Below are positions 58,694 through 64,000 of a stretch of 64,000 nt of DNA, in pieces (within the stretch, counting starts at the first letter, position 1; the number at the start of each line of letters is the position of its first letter). Source of the stretch: Halorutilales archaeon Cl-col2-1 (GTDB taxonomy: Archaea > Halobacteriota > Halobacteria > Halobacteriales > Afararchaeaceae); contig CP169074.1 in assembly GCA_041891055.1 (NCBI GenBank), forward strand, positions 1,152,001 to 1,216,000. Reading direction: 5' to 3'. The notes beneath the pieces were generated by a model that worked only from the letters and a program-made list of their open reading frames with translations, did not search any database and was not told the origin of the DNA. Made by a program: the position numbers and the translations under genes.

Positions 58694-59469
58694 CCGTCGG
58701 TCACCTCGTCTACTATCTCAGAATGTACACCCGGCGTCGCGGCAACTAGGTCAGAGCACTCGTCGGGACGTAGACGCATCTCTATCTCGTCTCCGTCGGA
58801 GTCTGTGACCACACCCCCCGCCTCCTCGACTATGAGCTTCGAGGCGGCGAAGTCGACGACACGTAGCTTCGAACGTAGATCCATGAAGGCATCGAGACGG
58901 TCTGCGGCGGCGTACGACATCTCCAGGCTCGCCGATCCCAGTACTCTCAGACGTTTGAAGCTCGATACATCGATCCTACTCGTGTTGTATATCCCAACGC
59001 TCATTCTGTGTAGATCCGTGTCGTCTGACATCTCTATCCTCTCGCCGTTCAAGTAGGCTCCTTCTCCTCTACGGGCAGTGAAACATTCGTCGCACTTGAG
59101 TTCCCTCACATAGCCGTACTCGGCGTCTTCTGTCGTCCTGCCGTCGGCGATACAGACCGAGACGGTATAGAGAGGTATTCCGACTGATGCGTTGTAGGTT
59201 CCGTCGACGGGATCGAGTACGACAGTGAACTCGGGGTCGCCGTAGACGACCTCGCCGACCTCCTCGCTTATGACCCTGAGGTCGCCGTACTCCTCTAAGA
59301 CATCGAGTGCGGCGTCCTCCGCAGTCCTGTCTATGTACTTCGTCGGGGTTCCGTCGGCTCCGGTTCCGACGACCTCGTCGGCTCTCGCACCGTCTATCTT
59401 CGAGACGCTCGACTCGACGGCATCGCCGACTTCCTCACACAGGCTCTTCATCTCGGTTCCGTGTATCAT
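58690..59469 (-). CDS. Inositol monophosphatase/FBPase-family phosphatase
   Basis: GADGTPT, SEE, DPVDGTYN, RVLGS. Confidence 0.92.
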   Translation of the reverse strand: MIHGTEMKSLCEEVGDAVESSVSKIDGARADEVVGTGADGTPTKYIDRTAEDAALDVLEEYGDLRVISEEVGEVVYGDPEFTVVLDPVDGTYNASVGIPLYTVSVCIADGRTTEDAEYGYVRELKCDECFTARRGEGAYLNGERIEMSDDTDLHRMSVGIYNTSRIDVSSFKRLRVLGSASLEMSYAAADRLDAFMDLRSKLRVVDFAASKLIVEEAGGVVTDSDGDEIEMRLRPDECSDLVAATPGVHSEIVDEVTDG

Positions 59470-59471
59470 GC

Positions 59472-60041
59472 TTAGGAATCGGTGTCAGTGTCAGTATCGC
59501 TGAGTATCTCGACCTCTCCGTCGACTACATCGACCTCTATGAGGCTCTTGAACTCCGTCTCTATTTCTCTCTCGTCCGATCTCTTCTGTATGACAGTGAC
59601 GACATCAGCGACCTCGGCACCTATGTCTTCGAGTGCTCCGACGATAGACGAAAGTGTCCCGCCCGTCGAGACGACGTCGTCGAGGAGTACGACGGTGTCG
59701 CCCTCGTTGACGTTGTTTATGTACATCTCGTTCTCGGAGTAGCCCGTCGTCTGGCGCACCTGTGTCTCACCCTCTAAGCCGTATCCCCTCTTCCTCACAA
59801 CGACCACAGGGACGTCGGTCGCGAGCGAGACAGCAGTCGAGATATGTATACCCATCGCTTCGGGGGCAACTATCTTGTCCGCCTTCTCGACCTCCGACTT
59901 ACGCAGAATCCCCGTCACGATCTCGCGGAGAAGGGACGGTTCGAGAAGAGGTATGCCGTCGGTGATCGGATGGACGAAGTAGTCGTAGTCTCCCTTCGAG
60001 ACCACGGGAGCGTTGAGAAGCGACTCTCTGAGCCTTTCCAT
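59472..60041 (-). CDS. hpt: Archaeal purine phosphoribosyltransferase (Hpt-like)
   Basis: YFVHPITDGIP, EAMGI, DDVVSTGGT. Confidence 0.9.
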   Translation of the reverse strand: MERLRESLLNAPVVSKGDYDYFVHPITDGIPLLEPSLLREIVTGILRKSEVEKADKIVAPEAMGIHISTAVSLATDVPVVVVRKRGYGLEGETQVRQTTGYSENEMYINNVNEGDTVVLLDDVVSTGGTLSSIVGALEDIGAEVADVVTVIQKRSDEREIETEFKSLIEVDVVDGEVEILSDTDTDTDS

Positions 60042-60088
60042 GGTATGAGATGACAGACTGCCTACTAAGTCTTCACGGTAGGCACGTG

Positions 60089-60424
60089 TCAGACCTCTAT
60101 GTATCTACTCAGCTTACCGACTGCTTTCTCGACAGTAGCCGCCCTAAGTTCGCCCTGTTGGCTGTCGAGGTCACGTTTCTTGACCGTAGTCACGTACCAG
60201 GGTGAGATATACGAGTCCTTGTCGGAGCCTCCTCGAACCCAGTCAGTGTCCTGTACTTCGATTCCTTCGGAATGTGTCTGGGAAGTCATAGCGAGCACGA
60301 TACATTCGTCCTTCGAGAAAGGATGTCTTTCATCGCTTATTATCAGCCAGGGTCGGTAGGCAGGAGACGACTTATGTGGTGCAGGACCCCACCAGACTTC
60401 ACCATATCCGTAGTCGTTAGACAT
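60089..60424 (-). CDS. PemK/MazF-like toxin
   Basis: GEVWW, RPWLIIS, LAMTS. Confidence 0.8.
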   Translation of the reverse strand: MSNDYGYGEVWWGPAPHKSSPAYRPWLIISDERHPFSKDECIVLAMTSQTHSEGIEVQDTDWVRGGSDKDSYISPWYVTTVKKRDLDSQQGELRAATVEKAVGKLSRYIEV

Positions 60425-60784
60425 CTATGGGTTCTCCGTCTCAGACTCGACGCCGCGACCCCATTCCTCGGGGTCTTCGGCTCCGAGACGCTGTGTCACA
60501 GCACGTGACACCGACATCGAAGTCAGTGTCTTGTCGAGATCCTCGACATCACCTACTGCCCAGTACTCTCCGCGGTGACGGACGAGATCCCTCTCCTCCA
60601 GACGCGACAGGACGACGCCGACACTTCCCCTTGCGACACCGGTTTCTTCGTGTATCTCCTTCGGAGTGTATGCCTTATCGGGGTTCGAGGCTAAGAAAGA
60701 AAGTATCTCCTCGGAGTTAGTCTTCCCCTCGGAACGTAGCTCAGTCTCCGAGTCCTCCTCGAAGCTCTCTATGTCGATGGGCAT
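60425..60784 (-). CDS. HTH protein, putative antitoxin
   Basis: ILSFL...AYTPKEIHEETGVARGSVGVVLSRLE; abuts the toxin gene; start ATG 60784. Confidence 0.8.
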   Translation of the reverse strand: MPIDIESFEEDSETELRSEGKTNSEEILSFLASNPDKAYTPKEIHEETGVARGSVGVVLSRLEERDLVRHRGEYWAVGDVEDLDKTLTSMSVSRAVTQRLGAEDPEEWGRGVESETENP

Positions 60785-60830
60785 ACTACTCGTACGCAAC
60801 CCCGTGTAATAGATGTAATGGCTATAAGTT

Positions 60831-61781
60831 TCAGTCGAGAGCGTCGGCGGCTAGACGTATCGCAGACTCGGGGTCGGAACCGAGGGGCGATCCCACGACT
60901 ACGGTGTCTACGCCGACCTCGAAGAGTTCGTCGACCTGCTTTCGGCAGTCGTCAGGTGTGCCATGGACTGAGAACGAGTCGAGCATGTTAGGTGTCACGA
61001 GAGAGAACGCCTCCGAGAACTCGCCCTCCTCTATCTTCTCGCCTATCTCGTCGGCGATCTCCTTGTCTATGTCGTGTCTGTCGAGTACAGGCGGGGGCGA
61101 CGCCGACGCAACGAAAGAGACGGGCTGACGTGCTGCCTCCGCTGCCTTCTCTGGGTCTTCGTCTACGGAGAACGAGGTGTAGGCGACTATCTCAGCATCG
61201 GTCTCGCCTATCTGTTCGAGAGACCACTCGAAGTCGTCGGGGTGTGACGCGTTTATGAGTATTCCGTCGCCGTGATCCGCCGCCATCCTGAGCATGTTGG
61301 GACCCTGAGCACCTATGTAGACGGGGATATCACGTGAGTCGTAGTTGAGCTTCGCTCCGTTTGCGAGACCGTCTACGTCCATACTCTCGCCACGGAAGAG
61401 ACCCCGCGAGAGCTTCACGGCGTCGAGTACTTCGTATAAGGGAGACTCCCTCTCGACGTCGAGCGCCTTGAGAGTGTTTGGGTCTCCAGGTCCTAAGCCG
61501 AAACGCACCCTTCCGTCGCTCATCTCGTCGAGTGTCGCCATCGCGCTCGCAGTCCACGCTGGATGTGCGTAGTAGGGGTTGGTGATCCCCGTTCCTATTC
61601 CAATCTCGTCTGTCGCACGCGCTATAGCCGTGAGAGCCACGATGGGGTTCCTGTTGTTGTAATGGTCGGTGATCCAGATTCCCTCGAAGCCCTCCTCCTC
61701 TGCGACCTCGGAGAGTTCGACGAGTTCGTCGACGGGTTCCTCGGCTACGAGCTCTATTTCGAGACTGTCCATACGTGTCAT
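60831..61781 (-). CDS. mer: F420-dependent Mer-like (luciferase-like) reductase
   Basis: WITDHYNNR, GITNPY, GAQGP, INASHP, VGSPLG. Confidence 0.9.
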   Translation of the reverse strand: MTRMDSLEIELVAEEPVDELVELSEVAEEEGFEGIWITDHYNNRNPIVALTAIARATDEIGIGTGITNPYYAHPAWTASAMATLDEMSDGRVRFGLGPGDPNTLKALDVERESPLYEVLDAVKLSRGLFRGESMDVDGLANGAKLNYDSRDIPVYIGAQGPNMLRMAADHGDGILINASHPDDFEWSLEQIGETDAEIVAYTSFSVDEDPEKAAEAARQPVSFVASASPPPVLDRHDIDKEIADEIGEKIEEGEFSEAFSLVTPNMLDSFSVHGTPDDCRKQVDELFEVGVDTVVVGSPLGSDPESAIRLAADALD

Positions 61782-61874
61782 ACGTCCGAGACGCGTTTTG
61801 TCCTTTCGGTGTTAATCGATACCTTAATACTCGGGAACCAATACGTCAATAATGACAGATTCGGTGGTAATTGA

Positions 61875-64000
61875 ATGTCAACAATAAGACAAGCTAACGA
61901 GGAGTACGAGAACTTCGTGGTCGAGTACTTCGCCCACGACGACGGAACAGTCGCAGAGATAACAGTTTCAAACCCGCCCGTCAACGCCCTCAACTCGACG
62001 GCTCTCAACGAGCTTAACGGGATAGTCGACGAGATAGAGGAGGAAGCCGACGCAGCGGTCATCACGGGTGAAGGAACCACGGCTTTCGTCGCGGGGGCTG
62101 ACATAGAGGAGTTCCTCGAACAGGACGAAGCCGACGACGTCGAGGCGATGTGCGAGACCGCACACACAGCATTCGACAAGATAGAGAGCCTCGACATCCC
62201 CGTAGTCTCGGCTGTCAACGGAGTCGCGCTCGGAGGAGGAAACGAGCTCCAGATGTCGACCCATTACACGGTCGTCGACGGAGACGCCGAGTTCGGACAG
62301 CCCGAAATCAACCTGTATATAATACCCGGATACGGAGGCACACAGCGTCTCCCGAGACTCGCCTACGACGAGAACGGCGACGAGGGATACAAGCAGGCTG
62401 CCTACATGATCCTCAACGGCAGGAACTACTCCGCCGATGAGGCTCTCGAGATGGGATTCGTCGACGAGGTAGTCGACAAGGAAGCCGCCGTCAACAGGGC
62501 ACACGACCTCGCCTACGGCTACATCACGGGAGAAGACGACACTCTCGAAGACGCACACTCCCAGAGACAGTCCGACCGTGAGCGGTGGGAGTCGGGAGAC
62601 GACTATCCCGACCTCTCCGACGACGCCGAGTACAGCCGTATACTCACACAGTCGGAGGACGTCGGACGCGCCCCCGCAGTCGAAGCCGCAGTCGAGGCTA
62701 TCGAAGAGGGATTCGAGAACGGAATATCCGACGGACTAGAAGCAGAGGGTGAGCTCTTCGGAGAGGTCGTCGTCGACGATGACCTCGGTAAGACGGGTAT
62801 ACAGGACTTCCTCGACGGGAGTTCGAACCCGCTTCCCCTCAAGCCCCACGACCCGCCGCTCGTCCCTGACGAGGAGACGAAGGAGGAGCTAATAGAGGAC
62901 GGCGTCGTACTTCCGCCCGACTCGCCCTTCTACCCCGGAGCGACCCCCGTCCCCGACTACCAGCTCGCGTGGGCACTCACGGGAGACGAAGAGACAGGAG
63001 AGCCCGACCACGGTGAGCCCGTCGAAGACGGAGCCGAGAAGGAGATCGTCGTGCCTGTCGAGGATCCGGGTCCCAACGACGCCCTTCTCTACATGCTGAC
63101 GTCTGAGGTCAATTACAACGACGTCTGGGCTATAACGGGAATACCCGTCTCGACCTACAAGAACTACGACAAGGACTACCACATAACCGGATCGGGAGGT
63201 CTCGCTCTCGTCGCCGAGACGGGACAGGCTCTCAAGGAAGAGGGACGTATAGAGGTAGGCGACCTCGTCCACGTCTATGCGGGACAGTTCGACGTCCTCT
63301 CGCCCAACGTCGGACGCGACCCGATGGACGCGAGCTACGAGATACAGGGATACCAGACCCCTGACGGGTCGCACCAGCAGTTCATGGTCGCACAGGGTCC
63401 CCAGCTCTTCAAGCCTCCTCAGAACCTCGACCTCACCGAGGCGGGAAGCTACATACTCACGATGGGTACGATCTACCGTGCCCTCTTCACCAACCTCGAC
63501 GTCGAGCCCGACAAGAACATATTCATAGAGGGGTCGTCGACGGGTACGGGAAGAGACGCAGTCATGATGGCTTCGTCACGTGGACTCAACGTCACGGGAC
63601 TTGTCTCGAGCGACGATCGTGCCGAGAGAGCCAAGGACGCTGGCGCTCACGCCGCGATCAACAGGAAGCAGGAGGCTCTCGAAGACGCGATGCATATGGT
63701 TCCGAACGACCCCGACGAGTGGGACGACTGGGTCGAAGCGGGTCAGCCTCTCCTCGACGAGTACCGTGAGAAGAACGACGGCGACCTCGCCGACTACGTC
63801 ATATCACACGCCGGAGCGCACGCCTTCTCGCGCTCGTACCAGCTCCTCGACGACGGCGGACGTCTCGCCTTCTACGGAGCCTCGACGGGATACGAGATGG
63901 CGTTCATCGGAAAGGGCGGCGAGGCGACGCCCGAGGAGATGTACAGACGTGCCGACCTCCGCGCCGGAGAGGGCGTCATGGTCTGGTACGGTACGCCCGA
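61875..64000 (+). CDS. Enoyl-CoA hydratase plus MDR enoyl-CoA reductase fusion resembling the last two domains of propionyl-CoA synthase (3' end outside window)
   Basis: Hand translation from ATG 61875, open to the window end: NPPVNAL, FVAGADI, ALGGGNEL, QPEINL, PGYGGTQRLPRL, then SEVNYNDVWAITGIPVS, TGSGG, PDGSHQQF, GTIYRALF, EGSSTGTG. Confidence 0.88.
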   Translation, partial: MSTIRQANEEYENFVVEYFAHDDGTVAEITVSNPPVNALNSTALNELNGIVDEIEEEADAAVITGEGTTAFVAGADIEEFLEQDEADDVEAMCETAHTAFDKIESLDIPVVSAVNGVALGGGNELQMSTHYTVVDGDAEFGQPEINLYIIPGYGGTQRLPRLAYDENGDEGYKQAAYMILNGRNYSADEALEMGFVDEVVDKEAAVNRAHDLAYGYITGEDDTLEDAHSQRQSDRERWESGDDYPDLSDDAEYSRILTQSEDVGRAPAVEAAVEAIEEGFENGISDGLEAEGELFGEVVVDDDLGKTGIQDFLDGSSNPLPLKPHDPPLVPDEETKEELIEDGVVLPPDSPFYPGATPVPDYQLAWALTGDEETGEPDHGEPVEDGAEKEIVVPVEDPGPNDALLYMLTSEVNYNDVWAITGIPVSTYKNYDKDYHITGSGGLALVAETGQALKEEGRIEVGDLVHVYAGQFDVLSPNVGRDPMDASYEIQGYQTPDGSHQQFMVAQGPQLFKPPQNLDLTEAGSYILTMGTIYRALFTNLDVEPDKNIFIEGSSTGTGRDAVMMASSRGLNVTGLVSSDDRAERAKDAGAHAAINRKQEALEDAMHMVPNDPDEWDDWVEAGQPLLDEYREKNDGDLADYVISHAGAHAFSRSYQLLDDGGRLAFYGASTGYEMAFIGKGGEATPEEMYRRADLRAGEGVMVWYGTP

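Noticed and set aside
25170-61781. cofC, cofG and mer as evidence of methanogenesis
   Set aside because: F420 synthesis genes and Mer-like reductases are common in haloarchaea; no methanogenesis genes are present here.

Overview
Chromosomal segment of an extremely halophilic archaeon (class Halobacteria). Evidence: strongly acidic proteins, archaeal-type genes (rps19e, priS-GINS, radB, ABCE1, cofC/cofG, archaeal aroK, DUF1628 pilins) and TATA-type promoters. Most of the window is housekeeping and metabolic genes plus tRNA-His, several toxin-antitoxin-type genes and four IS200/IS605 (TnpB-type) pieces. The most unusual signal is a family of seven 42-49 bp double-hairpin micro-elements. They are flanked by apparent 2-bp target duplications, show covarying stems and shuffled halves, and grow in tandem at one site. 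Six sit inside IS200/IS605 end structures and one is inserted in frame in a protein gene. Other notable items: a hydratase-reductase fusion resembling propionyl-CoA synthase without its ligase domain (61875 to window end, absent from the ORF track); an ABCE1 that has lost exactly the four ligands of one Fe-S cluster; a motif-divergent family-4 UDG; tandem pilins with conserved ends and swapped middles; and two small ORFs below the ORF-track cut-off. All functional calls come from motif recognition by eye; no database searches were run.
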